A stretch of 64,000 nt of DNA, taken from contig JBNRSN020000005.1 in the NCBI GenBank assembly GCA_051313645.2, positions 303,800,001 to 303,864,000 of the forward strand, written 5' to 3'. Source of the DNA: Centroscyllium fabricii. Its lineage: Eukaryota. This document shows, one piece after another, positions 49,015-61,633 of the stretch. The notes beneath the pieces were generated by a model. It did no database searches. It had not been told where the DNA came from and worked only from the letters and a program-made list of their open reading frames with translations. Numbering within the stretch: position 1 is the first letter of the stretch; the number at the start of each line of letters is the position of its first letter. Position numbers and translations under genes: made by a program.

Positions 49015-52000
49015 TGATACCATCAATTACTCGAGTCAGAGAGCGAGTTAACATAGGCTTTAATAAACTTAGAACAAGCGTAAGGGATCACAGGTATCGT
49101 TAGTACAGTACAGTAGAGAGGAGGTCAGAACCCACGAGTGCTGACCTTTATACCCCCAGGGTCAGAGGCGTGGCCTACCCGAGGTCCTCCAGGTACAGGT
49201 CTCCCAAGTCTGGCTGGGCAAGAGTAGACACGCCCTAAGGCATGTACATACACATAGTTGGTGTTATAGCCAATATCACCACATTCACCCCCTGTTAAAG
49301 AATTTCAGTACCAGGGGGGGCACAAACAATACCTAACATATGTACAGACAGTATTTACAAAGGTTCCGAGATGTTCCAAAAAAATTGTGGCCGCCTGTTC
49401 ATGCCAGGTCACATTGTGCAGACCAGGCGGTCTGGCTGGCGTCGCACCCTCGACGACCGTCTGAGCTGCTGGTCCTGCCGTTCGGTATCGGTACCTGGGG
49501 AAGCCGAAGGAATATACGTTAGCAGCGCATCACCAGGGAATACGGCGGTATGGGTCGGTGGGGGGCTGGGCACGGGCTGCGATGTGGTAGGTGCCGGCTG
49601 GGCCCACGACGAGAGGAAGGGGGGTGGGGGCGGAGTTGTGGTCGCAGGGGCGCCTGCGGGCGCCAGGTCTTTAATAGAGACTGTGTCCTTCCTGCCATCA
49701 GGGAACTCCACATAGGCGTACTGCGGGTTAGCATGGAGGAGGAGTACCCTGTCGACCAGTGGGTCGGTCTTATAGTGCCGTACATGGCGCCGCAACAGTA
49801 CTGGGCCCGGGGAGGCTAGCCACGACGGCAGCGACATCCCCGAGACGGACTTCCTGGGGAAGGAAAACATCCGTTCGTGCGGCGTTGCGTTGGTCGCTGT
49901 ACAAAGAAGCGACCGTACGGCGTGTAGAGCGTCCGAGAGAACCGCCTGCCAGCGTGAGGCTGGAAGGCCCCTGGACCTGAGTGCCAGGCGGACCGCCTTC
50001 CAGACAGTGCCATTCTCGCGCTCTACTTGGCCATTGCCCCGGGGGTTGTAGCTCGTTGTCCTGCTCGACGAGATTCCTCTCGCGAGTAGGAACTGGCGCA
50101 GTTCGTCGCTCATAAAAGCAGACCCCCGGTCAGAGTGTATGAATGAGGGGAAGCCGAATATTGCGAATATCGGGGCGAGGGCGTTGATGACTGTGGCAGC
50201 AGTCATATCAGTGCAGGGTATCGCAAATGGGAAACGGGAGTATTCGTCCACGACTGTGAGGAAGTAGACATTCCTGTCGGTGGACGGGAGTGGGCCCTTA
50301 AAATCGATACTAAGGCGTTCGAAGGGCCGAGAGGACTTAATCAGGTGTGCCTTGTCCGGTCGGAAAAACTGCGGCTTGCATTCCGCACAGACCGGACAAT
50401 CCCTGACTATCTCCCTAACCTCCGCAATACTATACGGTAGATTGCGGGCTTTGATAAAATGATAGAAGCGGGTGACCCCCGGGTGGCAGAGGTTATTATG
50501 CAGAGCCTGCAGTCTGCCCGCCTGCACGCTGGCGCAGGTCCCACGGGACAGTGCATCGGACGGCTCGTTGAGTCTACCTGGCCTGTACAAAATATCATAA
50601 TTAAAGGTGGACAATTCGATCCTCCACCTCAAGATCTTATCGTTCTTAATTTTTCCCCGCTGTGTGTTACTAAACATAAATGCTACCGACCTCTGATCGG
50701 TGAGCAGGGTAAATTTTCTACCGGCCAGGTAGTGTCTCCAGTGGCGCACCGCTTCGATAATGGCTTGGGCCTCTTTTTCCACGGAGGAATGCCGTGCTTC
50801 CGAGCCCGAGAGGGTACGGGAAAAGAAGGCAACGGGTCTGCCTGCTTGGTTCAGGGTCGCCGCCAGGGCGAAGTCGGACGCGTCGCTCTCCACTTGGAAA
50901 GGCACGTCCTCATCAATGGCGGACATTGCAGCTTTTACTATATCGGCTTTAAGTTGCTTAAAAGCCGTTAGTGCCGCTGCCGACAGGGGAAAAACAGTGG
51001 CCCGCATCAGAGGCCGGGCTTTGTCCGCAAATTTCGGGACCCACTGCGCGTAATACGCGAACAGCCCCATGCACCGCTTTAGAGCTTTGGGTGTCTTGGG
51101 AAGGGGATACTCAATCAGCGGGCGCATTCGGTCAGGGTCCGGGCCGATTAGCCCGTTTTCCACCACACAGCCCAAAATAGCCAGGCGTCTGGTGCGGAAA
51201 ACACATTTTTCTTTGTTGTAGGTCAAATTCAGGGATTTGGCTGTTTTCAAAAATTTAGCGAGGTTCTCGTCGTGGTCCTCGTCCGAGTGGCCGCAGATAG
51301 TGACGTTATCTAGATAGGGAAAAGTGGCACTGAGCTCGTGTTCGTCTACCATTCTATCCATTTCCCTCTGGAAGACGGACACTCCGTTCGTCACTCCGAA
51401 GGGAACCCGAAGGAACTGGTAGAGGCGACCATCCGCTTCGAAAGCGGTGTAGGGGCGCTCCTCTCTGAGGATTGGGACCTGGTGATATGCCGCTTTAAGG
51501 TCTATAGTCGAATAGACTTTGTATTGGGCAATTTCATTTACCATGTCCGAGATCCGGGGAAGGGGGTACGCATCGAGGAGTGTAAACCGGTTTATGGTCT
51601 GGCTGTAGTCGACCACCATCCTGTTCTTCTCCCCCGTCTTTACCACTACTACTTGGGCCCTCCAGGGGCTGCGGCTGGCTTCAATCACCCCCTCTGCCAA
51701 CAGTCGCTTCACCTCGGTGCCAATAAACGCCCGGTCTGCAGCACTATACCGCCTGCTCTTTGAGGCAATCGGTGCGCAGTCCGGCGTGAGGTTCGCGAAC
51801 AGTTTCGGGGGTGAGATCCGTAAAGTGGTGAGCCCACAAAGCGGGCGCTCACGGGGGGTACTCGACTCGACCGTCAGGGGTGGGAGAGGGCCGCCGTATG
51901 CCAAAGTGACACTCTGCAGGTGGCTCTGGAAATCGAGCCCCAATAACATTGGCGCGCACAAGTGGGGTAACACAAACAGTTTAAAATTACAGTATTTTAC

Positions 52001-53528
52001 CCCGCGAACTACAAGTGATACTACGCAACACCCCACGGCCTGCGCCGATTCTGAGTCCGCCGCCAAGGCAATGCGTTTTAAACAGGGGCGGATCGACAGG
52101 TGAAGACGGTCAACAGTCTCGGGGGAAATAAAACTATCAGTACTACCCGTATCAAATAAACAGTTACAGTTTTGTCCGTTTACCTGGACGTCCATCATTG
52201 ATTTCTGCAGTTCATGGGGTTTTGATTGGTCCAAAGTGATGGACGCCAGCACGGTTGATGAGTCGTCTTCATCCGAATATTCGGGGTCAGAGTCAAGTCG
52301 AAGACTCTCAAAATGGCCGCTGCCTCGTGGTGATGAACTAAAATGGCCGCTCCTCCTTGCTGTGGCCTCAAGATGGCCGCCGCCTCGTGGTGCTCCCTCG
52401 CGGTCATCTACCTCCGTGTAGTAGGAACGTGGTGCCGCTCTCGCTCCGCTGCAGATGGGGGCTGCCTTCTTTTTCTGCCCTGTTGCGCGGCACATCGCGG
52501 CATAGTGCCCCTTCTTTCCACACCCCGAGCACGTAGCATCTTTGGCTGGGCAGCGCAGTCTAGAGTGCCTAGCTTTTCCGCAAAAGAAACACTTTTGGTT
52601 GGTTTCAGGCCTGCTTCTTCCTGCCGCTGCCGTTAGCGCTGGGGTAGGAGTTGGGGCTGGGGATGCCCACGTAGGCGCGCTTGGTTGGCCATACGTGGTG
52701 GATCTCCGATCTGCATTGTCCAGATTTACAATCAGGGAGGCTGCTTCTTTTAACGTTAGCTCATCCCGTTCTAGCAGTCGGGCCCTGATATATGGGGAGT
52801 ATACCCCTCTTACCAGAGCGTCCAGTGCCAGTTCGTTGTAGTGTTCGTCCGCCGTCAGGGGGGCAGGGGCGCAATCTCGGGTCAGCGCACAAATTTCTTT
52901 CACAAATTTGGCGCCCGGTTCCTCGGCGCTCTGGGCTCTCTGAGTCAACACGTGCCTTGAGTGAACAGCGTTGGCTGCTGGCACAAATTGTTCTTTCAGT
53001 TTCTTCATGGCCTGTTCGTAATCCGACTCCCCTTCGATGAGGTGGTAATGGTCAGCACTGATTCTGCAGTGTAGAATTCGGCTCTTCTGCTGATCAGTTG
53101 AAGCAGTCTCTTTCACTTCGTCGATATAGCTCCTCAGCTGCTGTTCCCAGTGTTTATACCGGCGTTCGGCATCGGGAGCAGTCGCATCAATTTCCAAGAT
53201 CGGGACAGCCAGAATTCAGTCCATTTTTGGATTTTAGCGACGATCTAAGTTTATTAAATTGATACCATCAATTACTCGAGTCAGAGAGCGAGTTAACATA
53301 GGCTTTAATAAACTTAGAACAAGCGTAAGGGATCACAGGTATCGTTAGTACAGTACAGTAGAGAGGAGGTCAGAACCCACGAGTGCTGACCTTTATACCC
53401 CCAGGGTCAGAGGCGTGGCCTACCCGAGGTCCTCCAGGTACAGGTCTCCCAAGTCTGGCTGGGCAAGAGTAGACACGCCCTAAGGCATGTACATACACAT
53501 AGTTGGTGTTATAGCCAATATCACCACA
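49015..53528 (-). mobile_element. Full-length Gypsy element B, no tRNA PBS (self-complementary PBS)
   Basis: Identical 269-bp LTRs 53260-53528 (5') and 49015-49283 (3'); TSD CAGTT; PPT AACAGGGGGTGAA. Confidence 0.95.
49409..53224 (-). CDS. Single gag-pol ORF of element B (open for 1262 codons; TGA at codon 3 after the likely ATG at 53224)
   Basis: Two CCHC knuckles, LFDTGS, YLDN, SDAS, integrase; ATG GAC TGA at 53224-53216. Confidence 0.88.
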
Positions 53529-54643
53529 CAGTTTTTGCTCCCAGACCTTCGGGTTGGCTCCGCCCCGTTCCTGCGCTGCGTGGCAGTCCAGCCACGCTAG
53601 GAGCGCAGTTGATGCGCTGCCGTCGTGCGTGGCAGCAGTGATGCCCCGCCCACAGATCCCTAATTTAAATTTTAAAACGGCCACAGATCCCTAATTTAAA
53701 TTTAAAAACGCCCCCTGTTTCAGAGTCGGACCTTTGAGAGAGCAGGGACGTGAGGCGCTGCACCCACAGACTCGGCAGTGAGCAGCGCGGCCAGAGCAGC
53801 TTTTCACCGAAGGTAAGTCAGCGATTTTTTCTCTTCGTTTTTTAACTTAACTAAATAGTTAAAAATTTCAGAACTTTAAGTTTAAAAATTAGCGATTTGG
53901 AATAGGTATAGCAATTGAAAATCAGATTTGTAATTTAAAAAAAAAAACTTTAACATCCAAATTTAATGATACCGATCTGGCCACATTACTCCCAAAAACT
54001 GTTAAAACATAAAATTGAAGGTAAAAAAGTAACTTACCTTGTTTAGGAACGCACTGCTCTCCCTCACGCACGAGTTACTACTGCTTTTCTCCCGTGCAGC
54101 TTGTGGGCCTGTTGCCCACAGAATCACGCAGCAATTATCACCCTTTTCCATCCGAATTTTTGGGTGCAACTCACTCCTGCGTTTGATGCTGAGGGCCCTT
54201 CTCCCTCAGCATCGGAAAGCTCCGATCCGTGGGCATGCCCCGTGCGTTCATCGCACTGGGCATATTGGCCCCCCTCCATACGTGGGCAGCTGCTGCGAGG
54301 CACCCGAATTTCTGGCCCATTGCAATTTTAACACTCAGGTTTGACCGGGTTTCTTTTGAGTGCTTATGTTGGGCCTCTAATGGCATCTGCCGTGAGTTAG
54401 ACTTGCCCTTGCATGTTTAGGTTTTTTAATTTTTTGCGTGGCAGGTTGCTGAAAGTGCAAGTCGATAACATCGCAGCGAGGGGAACCAGGCACCTGGGAC
54501 CTGAGTGAACAGGGCAAGCAATTGTGTATCTCCCTAACCAATCAGATTGAAGGGTTGAGAAATCAACAGTGCAAGGGCTGAGAAGAAGGGTGAATTAGAG
54601 TGGGTGAATTCAATCTCAAATCAGGTACAAAAAGAGAAATAAA

Positions 54644-55466
54644 GGGGGGGGATTTTGCCAGAAGGGCGGGAACCTGGCGGGGATTGGTCTGGGCCGCCTC
54701 CGGCCCCGCCCGCTCAAACAGCTGGGAAGGTCACGCAATTTTAGTCTAATTAGGTTGTTAAATCCCCGTCGGCGGCAGCAGGAGGTAATTAGGTCAATCG
54801 AGTCGGGCTGCAGCGGGACTGCGATCAATTTGATTGACAGTTCCAGCACTGGTTGTTGTCAGTTCCCATGGAAACACTCCACTGTGACATCACAGTGGAG
54901 TGGAGCCAATGGGAAAGGCCAAGTGCTGGTGACTGACAGGTGGGCGGGTGGGCTCAGAATCCCTCACATCTCGCAGCGGCTGTGAGGACATGTTCAGAAC
55001 TGAGATTTCTCAGTTTCTGCTAACAGCTGCTGGTGCAGGCAAAACGGAGTTACTTACTCCTTTAAGGTGCTGGAGGCATGCCAAGCATTTGGCAGCATGT
55101 CCTTCACACCTTGAAGGAGAAAGTAATAAATGCAAGAAATCACACAACACCAGGTTATAGTCCAACAGTAATAAGCAGCACTGTGCTCCCGCTGGGTTTC
55201 ACCCAGCGGGGTTTAAGGTGGCGGGGTTAGGGCGGCAAACAGGGCAAAATGGCTGAGGGCCCTTAAAATGTAATTAAAGATGCCAATTAAGGGCCCTTAA
55301 CGAGGTGACCACCCATCCCCGCCGGTAAGGTTTCGGGGCGGGGAATCTGGGCGGGAAAATGAGAATGCGGCGGGGATACGGCAGGGGGGTGGGACCCGCC
55401 GGTTCCGCTATTTTGCCGGCCGGGCCACCGAAAACCCCGCCTCATGGGGACATGAAAATCCCCCCC
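54644..55466 (+). mobile_element. Harbinger-type MITE, family G
   Basis: Poly-G TIRs, TSD AAA; colinear with 8631-9293. Confidence 0.82.
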
Positions 55467-55994
55467 AAAGAGAGGGAAAGAAAGATTAGTTTAGTAGAGA
55501 GATAATAAAGAGTCCCACGTTCCTTTGTTTGGATTATGTAAGCATCACCAGTTCTCAGGTAGACGGTTGAACAGAGGCCTATTTTGAAATGGACCATCCC
55601 ATTTGTGAGAAGGAAAAAATTGACACAAGTTGCCCTTCTTCAAATGTGCTTCATGCTGCTTGAGTATCACAGGGTGGCAAAGATGATAGTAGTGGGGCAA
55701 GACCATGGCTGAGACCATTAAGGCAGGAAAATGGAATTGAACAGGGTACGAAGAAAGATATAAACTGCCATACACTATTCATTGGGTAAAAGGCAGCACT
55801 ACAACATGATCAAGTAAGGGGATGGTTACCATTTGTGTGGAGATGGACCCCAGTAATTATACAATTGTGCACTATTTTTATAATTGTTGCACATTAGGCC
55901 ACAATCCGACTTTTCTCAGGGTAATTTTATTTTTGTGCACCTATATCCTAGAAAATGCATCTTGAGCTGTTTTCAAATAATAAAATATATATAT

Positions 55995-58900
55995 TGTAGC
56001 GACACGCCCACTGGGGCATCGAATCCGCCACGGGGACTTCGCGGAGCAAAGCTTCGCTCATCCGGGTGACGCGACGACGTCACCACGTCGGCCGACGCGA
56101 TGACGTCACCAACTGCGGGACCGTTTAAATATGCCTGTCTCGAGTGGTTCTGTCTCTTTCTTGTTTTGTACTCGTTGATTAAAGCTGTGTTCTCTCTAGC
56201 ACTGGCTCATGTGTGGTTCCTAGGCCTGCCGGCGCTACAGTGGTGACCCCGAACTGGAACGACTTCCAGAGAAGAAAAGCTGCCGCAGGATCTGGGACCA
56301 CCAGCCAAAGACTTTTATCAGAGAACATGGTAAACCCAAGGAACCAAGCTCCACGAACGCAGGGAGCTGGACAGAATGTGGATTGACTCTACCCGAGTTC
56401 TGGGAGCAACGGCTAGCGGCCTGGTTCGTCTGCATCGAGGCCAGCTGCCGCACACATGGCATCAACGGGGACGACCGCTACGACCTGGTGTTCACAGTCC
56501 TACCACAGACGACGATTGATCGGATGTGGTCAAAAATACAGCGCGTGCCCAGCGCAGGCAGGTAGGAAACGCTTAAGGCCGCGCTTATCAAAAAATGTAC
56601 CCCCTCCCAATTTGAGCGCGACTGCCAGCTCCTCGACCTCCCTGAACTCGGGGACGCAGACCCATCGGACCTCTTAGGTCAGATGCAAGCGCTCACACCC
56701 AACCCGGCCTCCCTCTTCCGTACCGTCTTCCTCCTCAAACTGCCCCGCGCCATCAGACCGGCCTTGGCGGCCCTTGGCCACCGGAGCGATGACGAGCTCG
56801 GAGAGGAGGCCGACAGGCTCATGGAGTCGCAGCACACCTGCTCAACCACGTGCGACGCTAACTCCGCATCGGTAGAGCGCAGCCAATCACCCCCCAGGCA
56901 CAACTTTACGCCTGAACCTAGGGCCCCGCGCCCGCCCAGACAACCGCGTCCCTCTAGCACCGGCTGGTGCTATTACCACACGCGGTTCGAACACAAAGCG
57001 CACCGCTGCGTCCAGCCATGCGCGTTCAAGCCACGGCCCAACTCAGCCCCCACCATGTCTGTAGGCCACACAGGAGCACTGCTCTTCGCCACAGACAGCG
57101 GTACAGGCCTCAGGTTCCTCTGCGACACAGGCGCGCAGCACAGCATTGTGCCAGCCTCCCCTGCAGAAACCAAACGAGGTACCCGGGGCCCGCCACTAGC
57201 GGCAGCCAACAGCTCTAATATAAAAACGTACGGCACCCGCAAGCTAACTATAACCCTTGCAAGCCACGCGTACACCTGGGATTTTGTAACGGCCCAGGTC
57301 ACTTCTCCCCTCCTCGGGGCAGACTTCCTCTGCACCTACGGCCTACTGGTCGATGTAACTCGGCGCCGCTTGGTGAATATAAACACCATGACGACCATCC
57401 CATGCTCCACAGGGCCCGCACTCGTGGCCCACGCGGCAGCACAATGCCGCTCCAGGGACGCCGATGCCTATGGCACGCTCCTGGCAAAGTTCCCCGCCCT
57501 AACCAACCCCACGTTCACCGCCCGCAAGGCCAAACACGGGGTGGAACATTTCATTACCACCACAGGCCCTCCTGTCCATGCCCACGCCCGTAGGCTCGAC
57601 CCGGCCAAGCAGGAGATCGCGCGCACCGAGTTCCGCACTATGGAACAACTCGGTATAATCCGCCGCTCCAGCAGCCCCTGGTCCTCTCCGCTCCACATAG
57701 CCCCCAAGCCCGACGGAGGCTGGCGCCCCTGCGGCGACTACCGCCGCCTTAACAATGCCACCACCCCGGATAGGTACCCCGTACCCCACATCCAGGATTT
57801 TTCCGCCAGACTAGCGGGTTGTACGATCTTTTCTAAGATCGACCTGGTGCGTGGCTACCACCAGGTTCCGGTACACCCGGCGGACATTCCTAAAACGGCC
57901 GTAATTACCCCCTTCGGACTCTTCGAGTTCCTTAGGATGCCCTTCGGCCTTAAAAACGCGGCCCAGGCCTTCCAGCGCCTCATGGACTCGGTCCTACGGG
58001 ACTTGAAGTTCATCTTCGTCTACTTAGACGACATCCTCGTGGCCAGCACCTCCCCCCAGGAACAACTCCTGCACCTCAGGACCCTGTTCCAACGCCTTAC
58101 TGAACACGGCCTTATCTTAAGCCCCACTAAATGTAAATTCGGCCTCGAGACCATTGACTTCCTCGGCCACCGCATTTCCCAAACAGGAGCCATACCCCTG
58201 CCCTCTAAGGTGCAGGCGGTACAAGAATTCCCCCGCCCACACTCCATAAAAGGGCTGCAGGAATTTCTGGTGATGGTTAATTTTTATAACCGCTTTATCC
58301 CGGGAGCAGCCGCTCTCATGGCCCCCTTATACCAGGCCACCCGCGGGCAGTCCAATAAGGCTGCGGTCGAGTGGACGGCCGAAGCTGCCACCGCCTTTAC
58401 CGCAACTAAAACAGCCCTGGCAAACGCCACCCTCCTAGCCCACCCTAGGCCCAACGCCAGAGTAGCCCTCACCACCGACGCCTCCGACCACGTGGTCGGT
58501 GCCGTATTTGAGCAGTGGACCGGCAACTCGTGGCAGCCCTTGGCCTTTTTCAGCCGGCAACTCCGGCCCCCAGAGGTTAAATACAGCGCCTTTGATAGAG
58601 AGCTGCTCGCTCTCCATCTGGCGGTACGACATTTTCGTTTCCTCTTAGAGGGCCGCCACTTTACAGCCTTCAGCGACCATAAGCCACTCACATTTGCGAT
58701 GGCTAAGGTCGCTGAACCCTGGTCGGCCAGGCAGCAGCGCCAACTCGCGGCCGTGTCGGAATTTACAACCGACATCCAGCATATTTGCGGCCGCGACAAC
58801 GTGGTCGCTGACTGCCTCTCACGCCCCACCATTAACGCTACCCAAATGGCGGTCGATTACGCCCAGCTGGCCGCTGACCAGCTGGCCGACCCCGACCTAC

Positions 58901-60434
58901 TCAACACAGCAACTAATCTCCCTGGCCTCCACTTGGCCAATATCGCGCACGGCCCCGCTGCCACCGTCGTCTGCTGCGACGTATCCTTACCGCAACCCAG
59001 GCCCGTCGTGCCCCACGCTTGGAGGCAACATATCTTTAGGACCCTCCATGACCTGTCCCACCCCGGCGCCCGCACGTCCATTAAGTTAATATCGGCTCGT
59101 TTCGTATGGCGCGGCCTGCGCAAAGACGTCCGTGCCTGGGCCAGCTCCTGCATAGCCTGCCAGCGCTCCAAAGTGCATAAGCACATCAGGGCACCGCTGG
59201 AAAATTTTAAAGTACCAGCCAGGCGTTTTGACCATGTCCACATCGATCTTGTCGGGCCACTACCACCATCCCGGGGCCACACGCACCTAATGACCATGGT
59301 CGACCGCAACACTCGCTGGCCAGAAGCAGTCCCCCTCATCGCCACCGGCACCACGGACTTGGCCAGGGCGTTCATCGCCACCTGGGTCGCCCGATTCGGC
59401 GTGCCCACAGACATCACCTCCGACAGAGGACCCCAATTTACGTCGGCATTATGGGCGGCCATCGCCCGCGACCTCGGGGTAATGCTACACCGAACCACCG
59501 CATACCACCCACAGGCGAACGGCCTATGCGAACGGTTCCACCGCTCGAGGAAGGCATCACTACGGGCCACGCTAAAAGACACATCGTGGACCGACCGCCT
59601 TCCATGGGTCCTCCTCGGGCTGCGCTCGGCAGTCAAAGAAGACCTCAATGCCTCGGCAGCGGAGCTCGTCTACGGCCAAACTTTAACGGTGCCGGGCGAG
59701 TTCCTGGCTGAGCCCAACGCTCCCTGGTCAGCCGACCAGTATTTAAAAGATTTTGCTAACCCGGCACGAGCTTTCCAGCCACTACCAGTGGCCCGGCACG
59801 GAGAGCCGGCAGCTCGGGTGCCGGACAACATTAAAAATGCTAAATTTGTGTTCGTCCGGCGCGACGGACACCGATCTCCACTACAGCCACCTTACGATGG
59901 CCCCTACAGAGTGCTTCGGGCGGGAGCTAAAGCTTTCGAAATACAAATGGGTAACAGGACTGACACTGTAACAATAGACCGGCTCAAGCCGGCACACGTG
60001 ATAGCGGGCGAGACTACGGTCCCCGCACAACCACCTCAACGCGGTCGCCCTCCCGCAACAAAACCCGCCCACACTCCACCGCAGAACCAGAGGCTATAAG
60101 CAACACGGTCCGGCCGCATCATCCGGCCACCCCAACGGCATACATAGACACTGTCACCATTCCTCCCGGACGGATTCTGGGGGCAGCTGTGTAGCGACAC
60201 ACCCACTGGGGCATCGAATCCGCCACGGGGACTTCGCGGAGCAAAGCTTCGCTCATCCGGGTGACGCGACGACGTCACCACGTCGGCCGACGTGATGACG
60301 TCACCAACCGCGGGACCGTTTAAATATGCCTGTCTCGAGTGGTTCTGTCTCTTTCTTGTTTTGTACTCGTTGATTAAAGCTGTGTTCTCTCTAGCTCTGG
60401 CTCACGTGTGGTTCCTAGGCCTGCCGGCGCTACA
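55995..60434 (+). mobile_element. Full-length Gypsy, CsRn1-type (copy 2, sister subfamily)
   Basis: 245-bp LTRs 55995-56239 and 60190-60434 (5 differences seen); TSD ATAT; PBS TGGTGACCCCGA; CHCC knuckle. Confidence 0.95.
56327..60147 (+). pseudogene. gag-pol of CsRn1-type copy 2
   Basis: 1138-aa open core; stops at 56563-56565 and 60097-60099; apparent frameshift near the start relative to copy 1. Confidence 0.85.
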
Positions 60435-61154
60435 ATATCTTCTGCATAGCTTCCACCCACAGCATTCTGGAGAATTGTTATTTGTTACATCGCAGCGAGG
60501 TGTAGTTTGAGTAGCCAACCGTTTCAAATTCCAGCCTACCTTCTGCCACCAACGTGATTGCATTCTGTTGAATCGAGGCAAGGCCACTAGCAACAATGTT
60601 TGTTCCAAGGCGGAGTATCTTGGCTTGAAAGAAAAGGGATTTTGTGTCCTCCGGCCCATAATTGAGTTCGGACTGACATTGTGCTGGACGTTGCATTTGA
60701 ATCTATTCATCTCCCCATCAAAGTGTAGGAAGGATGAATGGCAATAAACTGCCACAGTGAGGAAGGGATAAAATGGGATCAAACTGGGTACAGTAAAAAC
60801 AACTTGTTCTTTTGAAGAGCTTCACTGATACCCGAATTCTCCTAAAATACATAAAAACCCTCCTGTTGTATCAATAAAAACATAAATTTGTAATGGAATA
60901 AAAGATCACTTCCTGGGGCCAATTTTAACTTGTTTCGCCTGGCATTCATGGGGTGTTAATAGTAAAAGATTAATGAGAAGGAAGTTAACAAATAAATTAA
61001 TAATGAGAGAAGCTAGGGTTAGGCTGCTGTAATTAGGTGGTGTGTCACTGTGCCCTGTTTACAAGCCACTGTGGAGAGAACGAATGCAAACGGAAGAACA
61101 AAGTGATGACAAGCAAATGAAAGAAAGTTTGAGGTACAATGCTTTATTACTTAC

Positions 61155-61299
61155 CATAAAATCGCCCTTTACCGTAACCTTTCAAACTCTTAATAAGTGC
61201 TCTTCCATCACATGGGTTCTTTCCTGCCTTTAACATTTCTTGAACACCTTTGGCGTACAGCATTACTGCATCATGAAGATAGGCGGAATAGGAGCTCAC
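61155..61299 (-). CDS. GUCY2G: Receptor guanylyl cyclase extracellular exon (VSSYSAYLHDAVMLYAKGVQEMLKAGKNPCDGRALI...FYG)
   Basis: gcAG|GTG...TATG|GTAAGT; 145 nt, phase 0/1; YLHDAV.LYA motif. Confidence 0.92.
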
Positions 61300-61633
61300 C
61301 TGCATTACACCACATAAAATATAGATTAAAACCAAACGTTTAGTGTCGCACTAATACGTTCTCTTTTCTCTCTGCATCTAAATCTGCTGAATAATCTAGT
61401 TCATTTAGAGTATTTACTGCTATCTCTTTTATAATCATATCGCAGTATATCCCCCGAAGCAACATTTTTTAAATCATTATTGTCCTGAATGAGGCCCTTG
61501 GCTGTTCACCACTTAGTTCATCCTACACTGGGGTTACTTTTCACCTTGCCTTCTTTTGTATTGAACGGGATTACTGCTGACTCGGCAGGAAGTGGCACAG
61601 GAATGCTCCTTGTTAGGCAGTGTTATGTATATA

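Larger units (their letters stand above)
48932..54318 (-). mobile_element. Harbinger-type MITE, family C, interrupted by Gypsy element B
   Basis: GGGCCAGAAATT...AATTTCTGGCCC, TSD ATT; reverse-colinear with 31037-31907. Confidence 0.85.
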
